DNA of 64,000 nucleotides from a virus (Duplodnaviria > Caudoviricetes), in the IMG/VR virus record IMGVR_UViG_3300025267_002170, one strand, 5' to 3'. Position 1 is the stretch's first letter; every line of letters begins with the position of its first letter. Shown here one piece after another: positions 18,759-27,984 of the stretch. The notes beneath the pieces are model-generated. The model was not told the DNA's origin and did not search any database. It was given only the letters and a program-made list of their open reading frames with translations. The translations under genes were made by a program, and so were the position numbers.

Positions 18759-20912
18759 TCAAGTTATTGTTGTGATGGTGTTTTCCATAACTTCTCTGTG
18801 TTTTCTATTCCTGTAAGGTATTTGCAGATAGTCAAAAAGCTTAATCTGATACTCAAAAGAGTTCAGATTCTTGACATCTATCTCAAACATCCTGTCTTTG
18901 TATTTTTCTATTTTGGCTATATACTCATCGTAGTAACGAGATATCCCTTCTCGCTTGCTGTCGACTTCATACTGTGGAAAGCAGGGAGTCCATATCTTGT
19001 CTGCTATATTGGAGCCTTTGGTCCAGTTGTCGTAATCCTTTGGGCCAAATTCAGAGGATGTTTTGGCGAGATAGGACTTAACTACTTCTTCCTTGTCTCT
19101 ATATATGTGGACTATTTTTAAGTTGGGGTACTCTTCTAGGAAGAAGTCCAAGTAATTCAGATAGTAGAAAGCCACGTCTCCAAAAAGGGAATGGACAGAT
19201 TCTCGTTTTTTCATGTTCTTTATTCTTAATGACGCTTGGTCCTCATCAAAAACCCAAGGCAGGGGAGTATTGTGCTTGTGTTGTTTATGTTCCCAGTTTG
19301 CCTCGTGGAATACTTCACAGTTGTCACAACCCCCTATAAGCTTAGCTAATGAAGCTGTTCCACATCTCCCCGTGCCTATTCCTAAAAACATGGGAGACTG
19401 CCAAGATTGCTTATCTCGTCCTCCCCTAATTGTCCTATGTGCCCAGTCTCTATGCGAAAAAACAACATCCTTAATTCCATGCTTATCTTTTGACATCTTA
19501 AAAAAGTGCTTGCTTCTTAATCTATGTTCCTGATAGTGGTCTTCTTCCCTGCTGTTATTTTTGTGGTGAGCCTTTACATCTGGCGTAAAAGCAACCCTGC
19601 GTTCATACCCGGATGGCATGTTCTTTAATCTCAGAAAAAAGTCGAAATGCTCAGCGAGCTTTAAGTTGTTATCCCACCGGATATCTTTGAAGAGTTTTGT
19701 CCTAGCGAGAAAGAAGTTTATAACATAATCTACGTATTTATAATTAATCCCGTGCTTGGTTTTTTTTAGATTATCTGGACTTGGGTACTTAAAAAGGGTG
19801 TCTCCAACTATTTCCAAGTCTATGTCACACTGAGCTATCAAATTTTCCTGACCCGGAATTTTATGGGTGGCTGGTAATTTGTTATTGTCCTCATCCCACA
19901 ACAAGCCTCCAACTATATCTATGTGTCGGTCTTCGTATAAAACGGACAGAAAATTTTCTATCTTTGTTGTCTCGGTAAAAATAACATCATCATCTATAAT
20001 AAAAACATACTCAGTTTTTACATGTTCAATCGCCATATTGCGACACGCGGACAAACCGGCGTCTTTTTTAATCCTGAAAACTTTTACATGGCTATTAAAC
20101 AACTTTGGGGTATTATATTCAACAATACCGTTGTCAACTACTATGATTGGCACGCTAGGATAATATTGTACTATTGACTGTATTAATTTATCAAGGCAGT
20201 CTGGCCTGTCAAATGTGCTAATGGCAATGGTTGTGTCTAGCATGGCTACTTTTAACACGCAGTCTCTCGAAGGAGCTAAAGGTTTGGGTGTTGATTCTAC
20301 ATTGGGTTGAGCTTTTGATATAAACCCAGAAGTCGTTTTTGTTTCTACGTGAAATTTATTTATTGTCGGTTTCCAGCTTTCTTTTTGTAACGGGATTTTA
20401 TCCACACACATTCTATCCAAAAGCTTTAACATGTTTTCTTTGTCTATCTCGTATCCTATATTGAGAAATCTTTTTAGTCTGTTTGGTCTATTATAAGCTC
20501 GGGAGGTGGTTGTATCATTACCTATGTACTGTAAGCGTTTTGCAATACAATCCTTAATGAAATCTGGATGATAATACATGTTGCCGTGACAATCAATGGC
20601 GCCAGCCGCTATGGTATAGTCAGACCAGATTACACAATCTGTCGGACTAGAGCCTTCCTCTTCACAAAAAACATCTACCTGAAGGCCATCGATTTTAAAG
20701 GTGTTTAAAATATCTCTATTAACAACATGTGTCGCACCGCTACTCAATAAATGTTTACCTATACTTTCTTGGTCTTGACGGTTTGAAACAAAAACATCTA
20801 TGTCTTTGGTCTTACTGTTATCAAACAGGCTTCTTACTAATCCACCCCTAATCCAACAGTAAATATCCTTTGGGAAAAAATCAAAGTAGCTTTTTAGTTC
20901 TGGTGTATCCAC
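18759..20912 (-). CDS. Tri-domain protein: CCA/poly(A) polymerase-type nucleotidyltransferase + GT2 glycosyltransferase + sulfotransferase-like domain
   Basis: GGLVRSL...KDIDVF and DYTIAA; STFDRP...IIVVDNG...RN...FIIDDD; GTGRCGTASL...HE...IVHIYRD. Confidence 0.75.
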   Translation of the reverse strand: MDTPELKSYFDFFPKDIYCWIRGGLVRSLFDNSKTKDIDVFVSNRQDQESIGKHLLSSGATHVVNRDILNTFKIDGLQVDVFCEEEGSSPTDCVIWSDYTIAAGAIDCHGNMYYHPDFIKDCIAKRLQYIGNDTTTSRAYNRPNRLKRFLNIGYEIDKENMLKLLDRMCVDKIPLQKESWKPTINKFHVETKTTSGFISKAQPNVESTPKPLAPSRDCVLKVAMLDTTIAISTFDRPDCLDKLIQSIVQYYPSVPIIVVDNGIVEYNTPKLFNSHVKVFRIKKDAGLSACRNMAIEHVKTEYVFIIDDDVIFTETTKIENFLSVLYEDRHIDIVGGLLWDEDNNKLPATHKIPGQENLIAQCDIDLEIVGDTLFKYPSPDNLKKTKHGINYKYVDYVINFFLARTKLFKDIRWDNNLKLAEHFDFFLRLKNMPSGYERRVAFTPDVKAHHKNNSREEDHYQEHRLRSKHFFKMSKDKHGIKDVVFSHRDWAHRTIRGGRDKQSWQSPMFLGIGTGRCGTASLAKLIGGCDNCEVFHEANWEHKQHKHNTPLPWVFDEDQASLRIKNMKKRESVHSLFGDVAFYYLNYLDFFLEEYPNLKIVHIYRDKEEVVKSYLAKTSSEFGPKDYDNWTKGSNIADKIWTPCFPQYEVDSKREGISRYYDEYIAKIEKYKDRMFEIDVKNLNSFEYQIKLFDYLQIPYRNRKHREVMENTITTIT

Positions 20913-21466
20913 GAGTTTCCTCTTACAGATATTGAATCACCAAAATAATCGTCTACCGCCTGAATGACTTCTGGAAATTTATCAAAGTAATCATGCCCAG
21001 CTAATACGCCCCCACTCTTTACTTTAGGTAACCAACTTTGAATATCCAGTGTAACCATGTCATATGTATGTCTTGCGTCAATAAAAACAAAATCTACGCT
21101 CTTGTCTTCGTATAAAAGTGCTGCATCGGCAGACCACTCTTTAATAGGATTTATATAATCTCTAACTGGAAATGTGTTTAAGAGGAAATTGTTATAAATC
21201 GCACCTCCTTTAATCTTCTTGCTGTCATCATCTTCGTCGGCTTTTTCTATACTCGACCAACACCACTTCCATTTGTCTACGCAATCAAACTGTATTTTCT
21301 TTTTTGAATTAGCAATCTCTACTGCCATATAAGCAGCGCTTTGTCCTTGATATGTTCCCACCTCTACAAAATGAGACCCGTCACTAGCTGCCTCAACTTG
21401 CTCCTTATATATGTCTTCAAAATCACACCAACCGTGAATTAATTTATAAAAATGCCTAATCTTCAA
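20894..21466 (-). CDS. Class I SAM-dependent methyltransferase (Methyltransf_24-like)
   Basis: VEVGTYQGQS, DFVFIDARHTY, GGVLAGHDY. Confidence 0.85.
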   Translation of the reverse strand: MKIRHFYKLIHGWCDFEDIYKEQVEAASDGSHFVEVGTYQGQSAAYMAVEIANSKKKIQFDCVDKWKWCWSSIEKADEDDDSKKIKGGAIYNNFLLNTFPVRDYINPIKEWSADAALLYEDKSVDFVFIDARHTYDMVTLDIQSWLPKVKSGGVLAGHDYFDKFPEVIQAVDDYFGDSISVRGNSWIHQN

Positions 21467-21962
21467 TAGCCATTGCCCCTCTTATTGTGACCTCGGGGTC
21501 TGTAGCAGAGAATACCTCTGTATTAATGCTGATAGATTCTATTTCTTCTGCCGTATCGCAAGAATCAATCGCGTCTTCCGCAAGAAGGGCTGCTGACACT
21601 ACAGTCTTAATCCAAGTCAACAATTGGTCTATATATGCAGTCCTGTTCGTTAACCCATTATTTCTAGCTTCTTCAGCGAGGGCTATAAAAAGCTCCCTTC
21701 TATAAGAAGGATAGAATTGTTCTACATACTCGTTGGCTAGACGTGACATCTTTTCACTTCTACTGTCCCTTAGAGGTTGTAGCAAATACAAGTCCAAGTT
21801 ATCCATATAGGTGGATAAGCCGTTGTTCAGTTCTTCCTGTGTCACGTCATTAACATGTAATTTACCACCTTTATAGTAGTAGTTATACTTGTCAAGACTT
21901 CCTCCAGAAAGTTCTACTATTTTTCTCATATTGTGTTCTGGTAATACTGTAACGCTTCCCAT
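21456..21962 (-). CDS. Putative fibre assembly chaperone
   Basis: Follows the fibre gene; C-terminal AIDSCDTAEEI resembles DUF4376/Tfa-type ends. Confidence 0.45.
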   Translation of the reverse strand: MGSVTVLPEHNMRKIVELSGGSLDKYNYYYKGGKLHVNDVTQEELNNGLSTYMDNLDLYLLQPLRDSRSEKMSRLANEYVEQFYPSYRRELFIALAEEARNNGLTNRTAYIDQLLTWIKTVVSAALLAEDAIDSCDTAEEIESISINTEVFSATDPEVTIRGAMAIED

Positions 21963-24760
21963 TATAATATCTCCGATATGGCAAAAGTAGCATATCTATA
22001 AGGATGCACATGAAGTGGAATACTTCCGGTATCTTGATACGTCCATAACTCGATATAGTCGTTTGGCGCTAGATTCATTACTGTATTGAGTTGGACAGTG
22101 ACGTACATACTACTTGAATGCGCAACCATAGTCTTGACCTGTTTAACTATTGTCCCGTTTTTATATATGAGTAAATCGCAGCGGTCACCAGTAGCAATTC
22201 CGTTGTCATACCAAAGATGCCCACATACATTATATAAACCGGACCTCGCTATGTCAAATCGTTCAGTGCTCAGGTCTGCTAGACCGGCTGGTATTTCTTT
22301 CTCAATGGTGTCCCATGTAACCTCAGTTAAAGTCGCATTAGAAATGGTTTGCCCTTGGTCACTGGAGGCCAAGACCGTTCGCTGTTGCATAATGCCCGCA
22401 TGTGCTTGTTTCCTTTCCGCTGTAATCCACCATTGTTCATCACCTGCTGTAGCATCTCCGGGGCCACAAACGAAAGTCACTGAATCATGTTGTACATACA
22501 ACACGTATTTCAAATCATATTCATCAATATCATCGGGACCGTACCCACCAGTAGTATTAGGAACAATATTAACAACCCCAGTACCACTATCTATTTTCTT
22601 GACAGTATACTCTTGGCCGATGTTGGCGGCGGCTGCTGAAGGTAGGGTAATCGTTCTATCGCTATTCGTGGTGTCAACCAATATAATGTGGTCGTCAGCA
22701 GCAATCGTGTAATTAGTATCAACTTTGGTTGCCACTTCTCTAATGATACCTTTGGTTGCTAATGTGCCATCTGAGTCAATTGATACTGCTTCGGTAGCGT
22801 TCGTTTTGATAGTGAGGCTGTTGTCAGAATGGTCATAAGAAATCAGTCCTATATTATTGTCAGCAGTATCTCCAAAGAATATGCTAGCTTTACCAGAGGT
22901 TCCCGTTAGCATTCTAAGCTGGGCGTCGTTGTCGGCATCATGAAAAGATGCGTCAACCTCTATAGAAGCGTCTCCATCATCGGTTCTTCTGAATGTAGCA
23001 AGACTACGACCCGGACGGTTAACAACTAACTCGCATCCACTGGCTACAATTTTGTTGCTTTCATGCGTTAGGGTTGCGTCACCATTGTTGAAGTTAACTA
23101 CTCCTCCATTCGCTAGGAATAAGTCTGACCACATCTTACTACCGGTTCCCAACGCTATGCCATCACTTGTGGTGGGAGAAAACTCATTTGCCGCCAGTGT
23201 AATTTCATCAGCGTTTCCAACCCTGAATGTTACGGCGTCGTCTGTGGTGAAATCTATTAAGTTATGAGCATCTCTACCTATCTTAAGGTCTGTAGCAAAA
23301 GTATCTCCAGAGACGCCACCACTTGAGGTAGACCAATAGGTGTTCTTACTATCGGTTGTTAATACCTGACCATCAGTTCCGTTACCAGAAGGCAACATAA
23401 ACGTATAATCGCCAAAAGCTATCTGCGAATTAATGATTACACCAGAAGCAGAATCTCTTTGAACCTTTACCCCGGATGCTGTTGCAAGTCCTGTGGTTGT
23501 AAACCCGGCTGCCGTAACTGTGCCTGTTGTTGTATCGTTAGCATCGTTCTTGAGGAAGGCATCATCTACAGCTATCACAGAGTTTGCAGCAGTTAAGTTT
23601 GTTCCAGCAAAGAGGGCTGCTATATCACCCAAGTTTTCCTTTTTGCCTGAATTACTATCATTCACATCTACAAACACAAGATAGTCATTATCCGCCACTA
23701 CCCCACTCGCAAGACCGTTTAGGTCTAAAGTAACGGTAGCGGAACCAGAAGTTGCCCCTCCGCTAATTCCTGAGCCAGCAACAACAGCAGTGATGTCCCC
23801 AGTATTTGTTGTATAGCTGTAGCCTTCAATCTTTTCTTTAATTGCTCCAGCAGACATAATGACTGTATCACTATCAGTAAAGGCATTAGTGATATTGATA
23901 CTGTCAATTGCAGTAGTACCTCCCGCTGAAGTATCCATTGTCCATGTGCCAGAAGTAGTAAACCCACCGGCAGTAATCCCGCCGGTTGTTGTATCGCTCG
24001 CGTCGTTCTTAAGAAAGGCGTCATCTACGGATATCACAGAATTGGCAGCGGTCAGGTTTGTTCCTGCGAACAACGCTGCTATATCACCCAAGCTTTCCTT
24101 TTTGCCAGAGTTGCTATCGTTCACGTCTACAAATAACAAATAGTCATTATCAGCTATTACCCCACTCGCCAGACCATTTAAATCAAGGGTTACAGTAGCG
24201 GAACTAGAGGTCGCCCCTCCGCTTATGCCCGACCCAGCCACTACGGCTGTTATATCTCCGGTATTGGTTGTATAGCCATAATCCTCAATCTTGTCTTGTA
24301 TGGAGGCAGAGGTCATTAAGCTTGTGTCATTGTCGGCAAAAGATTCAGACGCAGCTTGAAGTGTGGTAATTGTTACGCTGTCTAGCAACAATCCCGACGC
24401 GCCAACTTGTATTCCGCTAGCCAGAACTATGCCGCTTTCATCCTTAAATACCGCCTTGTCTGAGGGGTATGTAGCAAAAACCGTGTGTGTTCCACTGGTC
24501 AGAGTTAAAGCGTTATTGCTATTTGTGCTTTTAAGAACCGTTGTTCTGGCCAACGTGTCTGGGGAGGCATCTGTTACAGTTCCGATGCCAACTTCCCAAG
24601 CACTGCCATCAGCGTCTTCAATAGCATAGTAGCAGGTGTTTCCACCGCCAATACCCGCTACAAATGTCTGAAAACCAGTAGAAGCACCGGCCAAATTAAT
24701 TGTGCCCGTACCTGTACTGGTAGTTGTTTCTTTTACTCGGTCTGCTATAGCTAGAGCCAT
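21962..24760 (-). CDS. Fibre protein with internal duplication and C1q/TNF-like C-terminus
   Basis: ADRVKETTTSTGTG N-terminus; duplicated ~150-aa block; C-terminal F...SGLY.V...MNL..NDYIEL. Confidence 0.75.
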   Translation of the reverse strand: MALAIADRVKETTTSTGTGTINLAGASTGFQTFVAGIGGGNTCYYAIEDADGSAWEVGIGTVTDASPDTLARTTVLKSTNSNNALTLTSGTHTVFATYPSDKAVFKDESGIVLASGIQVGASGLLLDSVTITTLQAASESFADNDTSLMTSASIQDKIEDYGYTTNTGDITAVVAGSGISGGATSSSATVTLDLNGLASGVIADNDYLLFVDVNDSNSGKKESLGDIAALFAGTNLTAANSVISVDDAFLKNDASDTTTGGITAGGFTTSGTWTMDTSAGGTTAIDSINITNAFTDSDTVIMSAGAIKEKIEGYSYTTNTGDITAVVAGSGISGGATSGSATVTLDLNGLASGVVADNDYLVFVDVNDSNSGKKENLGDIAALFAGTNLTAANSVIAVDDAFLKNDANDTTTGTVTAAGFTTTGLATASGVKVQRDSASGVIINSQIAFGDYTFMLPSGNGTDGQVLTTDSKNTYWSTSSGGVSGDTFATDLKIGRDAHNLIDFTTDDAVTFRVGNADEITLAANEFSPTTSDGIALGTGSKMWSDLFLANGGVVNFNNGDATLTHESNKIVASGCELVVNRPGRSLATFRRTDDGDASIEVDASFHDADNDAQLRMLTGTSGKASIFFGDTADNNIGLISYDHSDNSLTIKTNATEAVSIDSDGTLATKGIIREVATKVDTNYTIAADDHIILVDTTNSDRTITLPSAAAANIGQEYTVKKIDSGTGVVNIVPNTTGGYGPDDIDEYDLKYVLYVQHDSVTFVCGPGDATAGDEQWWITAERKQAHAGIMQQRTVLASSDQGQTISNATLTEVTWDTIEKEIPAGLADLSTERFDIARSGLYNVCGHLWYDNGIATGDRCDLLIYKNGTIVKQVKTMVAHSSSMYVTVQLNTVMNLAPNDYIELWTYQDTGSIPLHVHPYRYATFAISEIL

Positions 24761-24797
24761 ACCTTTATCCCGTCTGTATAGAGACTGTTTCTAAAGT

Positions 24798-24807
24798 ATT
24801 ATACACC
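24798..24807 (-). promoter_or_regulatory. Late promoter motif GGTGTATAAT
   Basis: Directly after the capsid terminator, upstream of the fibre gene. Confidence 0.7.
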
Positions 24808-24814
24808 AATATCT

Positions 24815-24853
24815 AAAAAAAACCGCCCTGCCGGAAATGCATCCGACAGGGCG
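24815..24853 (-). terminator. Intrinsic terminator after the major capsid gene
   Basis: cgccctgtcgg-atgcattt-ccggcagggcg followed by T8 on the minus strand. Confidence 0.8.
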
Positions 24854-24878
24854 ATTGGGTGGTAACAGCTTCGGTAGC

Positions 24879-25886
24879 TTAGAAGGATGCGGCGAGAACT
24901 CTACGGTTATCGAGAACCGCAAAGCCTAGCTCGGCCCATCCGTACATACCGGCCTTCTGATGACGATGAAGAGTATCGTCCTCAAAGACCTGAACCTGTT
25001 GCTTCATGGGCATCAGGAAGCTATCGTTGCTTTGCAGGTCGAGTCCGATGACGAGTTCGACATCGCTAGAGGGACCGAGTGAACCAGAGAGGTCGTTATC
25101 GAAGAACTCTTGGTACTCTTGACCCTGACCAAGCTCGTCTAGGTCGTGGAGGTTGACACCGAAGATTCGGGTGATGCCACCCTCACCAGCGGTATAGATT
25201 TCGCGGCGTGTGACCTCATCAACTTGGTCCACACCCCAGTTGCGAATATCTTCCAGACCTTCTGGGCTTAGGTAGATATCAGTTAGTCTACCTCTATTAA
25301 TGGAGGCTGTGTTGCCACCACCGTTACGACGCATGACGGTCTTCATGAGAGAGACAAGTCTCTTCGTGAACTGACCGGCTGCGGCGTCACTGTCATAGAC
25401 CAAAATGTTTCGGTCTACAGCAGCGGAAAGAATGGTATGCCAACCGTCATCGTTAATCTTCTTAACGAAACCGGCCTCTAGAACCTGAGCGGCGCGTGCA
25501 ACAACATCCCAGCGAGCGTCACGAGCGTAGCGGAGCAAGTAGTCGATTGAGGACGAAATGCTATAGGTCGGAACCATAACATAATCGCCTTCGACTTGAC
25601 GCTCGGGAATACGACCGTGGCCGGGGTTGGTGTATGCGACATGCTCGTCTTCCTCACCGGGAGCGAGTAGGTCTAGGGGGAACTCGGTGGTTGTGCCGGG
25701 TTCCATGGTAAGAGCTTGGAAAATGTTGCTTACAACATCGCCAACGAGCACACCCTGCCGAAGAGGCTCTTCTAATGCCTTTGCGATTTCTCGCTGCGCG
25801 GAAAGAGCTTCAACCTTATCGGGACTACCAGAACGCTTAATCAGCGAGATAAAAGCATCGTCTGGTCTCGTAAGTTTATTACTCAT
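24879..25886 (-). CDS. Major capsid protein (HK97-fold, inferred)
   Basis: 335 aa downstream of portal, protease and decoration genes; ends GMYGWAELGFAVLD; followed by a strong terminator. Confidence 0.8.
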   Translation of the reverse strand: MSNKLTRPDDAFISLIKRSGSPDKVEALSAQREIAKALEEPLRQGVLVGDVVSNIFQALTMEPGTTTEFPLDLLAPGEEDEHVAYTNPGHGRIPERQVEGDYVMVPTYSISSSIDYLLRYARDARWDVVARAAQVLEAGFVKKINDDGWHTILSAAVDRNILVYDSDAAAGQFTKRLVSLMKTVMRRNGGGNTASINRGRLTDIYLSPEGLEDIRNWGVDQVDEVTRREIYTAGEGGITRIFGVNLHDLDELGQGQEYQEFFDNDLSGSLGPSSDVELVIGLDLQSNDSFLMPMKQQVQVFEDDTLHRHQKAGMYGWAELGFAVLDNRRVLAASF

Positions 25887-25908
25887 ATCGAGATTCTCCT
25901 ATCTGAGA

Positions 25909-26412
25909 TTAAACGTTTGGATGGTTGCTGTTGGGCAGGCTAATAAATACCTTGGCGTACCCATCCTCGTCCACGCTGGAGAGGAAACGACCAACAACGC
26001 CGGAAGCTGACGCGCTTCCGCCACCGGGGCCATAGAACGGGTCGCCATTACTAAGGTAGCCACTGTTGCCAACAAAAGCTGTCTGTCCCGCGACAATCGT
26101 GTCGGCGGGGTCGATGGCGTTTGTAACAACCCATCCGTGTTGTAGAAGGGTAACTTTGCCACCCTTCTGAACTTCGTCCTTGTGCCAGTTAATATGCTGA
26201 CGAGTCTGGTCAATATTGACCATATCGTTAAGCAAAAGACCCATGGGCGCTTTACCCGAAGGGCTTGCACAAGTAACAAGAGCCGCACTCTGGTCCATTG
26301 CTGAACCAGAACCGCCCGTACTTAGAACAGCTACAAAACCTCTCTCTTTTACTTCGTTCATGAAGAAAGAGATATCGGTCATTAGCTCGTGTCTGTCACT
26401 CTTAAGAGCCAT
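25909..26412 (-). CDS. Putative capsid decoration/cement protein
   Basis: Gly-rich 167 aa between scaffold and capsid genes. Confidence 0.6.
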   Translation of the reverse strand: MALKSDRHELMTDISFFMNEVKERGFVAVLSTGGSGSAMDQSAALVTCASPSGKAPMGLLLNDMVNIDQTRQHINWHKDEVQKGGKVTLLQHGWVVTNAIDPADTIVAGQTAFVGNSGYLSNGDPFYGPGGGSASASGVVGRFLSSVDEDGYAKVFISLPNSNHPNV

Positions 26413-26437
26413 GATATTTTAACTCCTGTATACGAGG

Positions 26438-27934
26438 TTAGTCTTCTAGATTTGCTGTTGACTTCAAAACGTTTGAACGAAGCCAATCGCTAGCAGAAGT
26501 ACGAGCATCGGCAACTTCATCAGTCTCACCAGCATCAGTTAGTGATGCTTCTGCGACTTCTTCAGCTTCCTCAAGAACGTCTTCATCAGCGGAGGCCTCT
26601 GCCTCATCTGTCTCTTCGTCTTCTTCGGCTTCGGCTTCATCGGCCTGAGCCTCTTCTTCCGCAACTTCTTCTTCTACCTTTGGAGTAGATGCAACTAGCT
26701 TGACAATCTCTTCAAACATTTCATCGGTTGCATCAGCAAACGATTCAAGCTTGGCTTCGGCGTCTTCAGTATCAAGACCAGCCTCAGTAAGAGCAGCCAA
26801 ACGAGCGGCCTTATGGGCCTCAGCGTTTGCGGTATCTATTTCGGCCTGTAGCTTCGCAAGAGTTTCTTCTCGCTCGGCCAAAGCCTCAGTAGATTCCTTC
26901 TTCTCTACTTCTAGTATTACTACAGTCTCTTCTAGTTTAGCAATAGTCTCGGTCTTTTCAGCAACATCAGCGGTTAGAACGTCAACTTCGTCCTTAAGGG
27001 ACTTAGTATCAAGCTCATTAAGCTGCTGAGTTAGACTGTCTTCACGAGACTTAGCTTCTACTAGCTCTGACTTTAGCTCGTCGATTTGCTTCTGGAGCAA
27101 AGTGATGTTTTCATCAGCCATGCTAGATTTCTCCTTTTCGGAATCTATATTAAAAGTTTCGATTTCGCTAGCCTGAGAATTCTGAAATGGTTTGTTACCC
27201 GTAAAAATAACACTTCTTGGGTTTGCAGGTTTTGACACCAACCCCTTTCCAGAAAAAGCTATGTTTCTCAGTAAACGCCCTAATTTGTGTCCTTCATACT
27301 CTCCTGTCCCTCCATAAATTCTAAGATGCTTTGTTAAGAATGATGATTCTTCTTTCCTAGCAATAATCTTATGCTTACCTTCTGGCGTGACTATAGCATA
27401 ATCAAAATTATTAAAGATTGCCTCCATCGAGACAAACCATTCTCCTGCCTCAATTTCCTGAATTAAACTGGACATCCATTCCTGCTTTTCAGCGGATGAC
27501 CAACTATTGTACATTACTGCGCTTGTGATAATATCAAACTTTTCTGGCAATTCTTCTGAGTCGTCAGGAATTGTATTTCCTTCTGCATCAAGAACCCAGT
27601 TGCCAGTTATATGTCCAATAATATCATCTTCACTATGCATAAAATTGAACTGCTTGTCTTCGGGGGTGTTGCGAGCAGTCCAAGTTTCTTTTGTATCAAA
27701 TACATCGTCGTTTTTATTCCAGCCAGTGGACACCAATACTGAATTTATATAGTATAGGTCGAACTGTTCAACCGACTTCTTAGCGTCTATGGCATCAGTA
27801 GTAAATAGCTTAGCAATCTGTTTCTCGTGTGTTGTTGGAACATGCGTAGAAACAGGGACGGTATAAGCTATGGTGTTGTTGGAGATTTGTTCTCCAAGGC
27901 CAGCCTGTGCTTCTGACGAATATATTTTTATCAT
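26438..27934 (-). CDS. Prohead protease-scaffold fusion
   Basis: NKNDDVF...H...IIG...VSME...F.G.GLV..PA protease-like N-terminus, then an acidic coiled coil (possible internal start MADEN). Confidence 0.75.
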   Translation of the reverse strand: MIKIYSSEAQAGLGEQISNNTIAYTVPVSTHVPTTHEKQIAKLFTTDAIDAKKSVEQFDLYYINSVLVSTGWNKNDDVFDTKETWTARNTPEDKQFNFMHSEDDIIGHITGNWVLDAEGNTIPDDSEELPEKFDIITSAVMYNSWSSAEKQEWMSSLIQEIEAGEWFVSMEAIFNNFDYAIVTPEGKHKIIARKEESSFLTKHLRIYGGTGEYEGHKLGRLLRNIAFSGKGLVSKPANPRSVIFTGNKPFQNSQASEIETFNIDSEKEKSSMADENITLLQKQIDELKSELVEAKSREDSLTQQLNELDTKSLKDEVDVLTADVAEKTETIAKLEETVVILEVEKKESTEALAEREETLAKLQAEIDTANAEAHKAARLAALTEAGLDTEDAEAKLESFADATDEMFEEIVKLVASTPKVEEEVAEEEAQADEAEAEEDEETDEAEASADEDVLEEAEEVAEASLTDAGETDEVADARTSASDWLRSNVLKSTANLED

Positions 27935-27951
27935 AATGGTTACCTCAAATA

Positions 27952-27961
27952 ATTATACACC
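27952..27961 (-). promoter_or_regulatory. Late promoter motif GGTGTATAAT
   Basis: Upstream of the protease gene. Confidence 0.7.
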
Positions 27962-27984
27962 AGAAAAGCAAGATAATCAAAAAA

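Noticed and set aside
14177-24760. Diversity-generating retroelement acting on the fibre genes
   Set aside because: No reverse transcriptase, and the repeats are in-frame coding duplications rather than an adenine-variant TR/VR pair.
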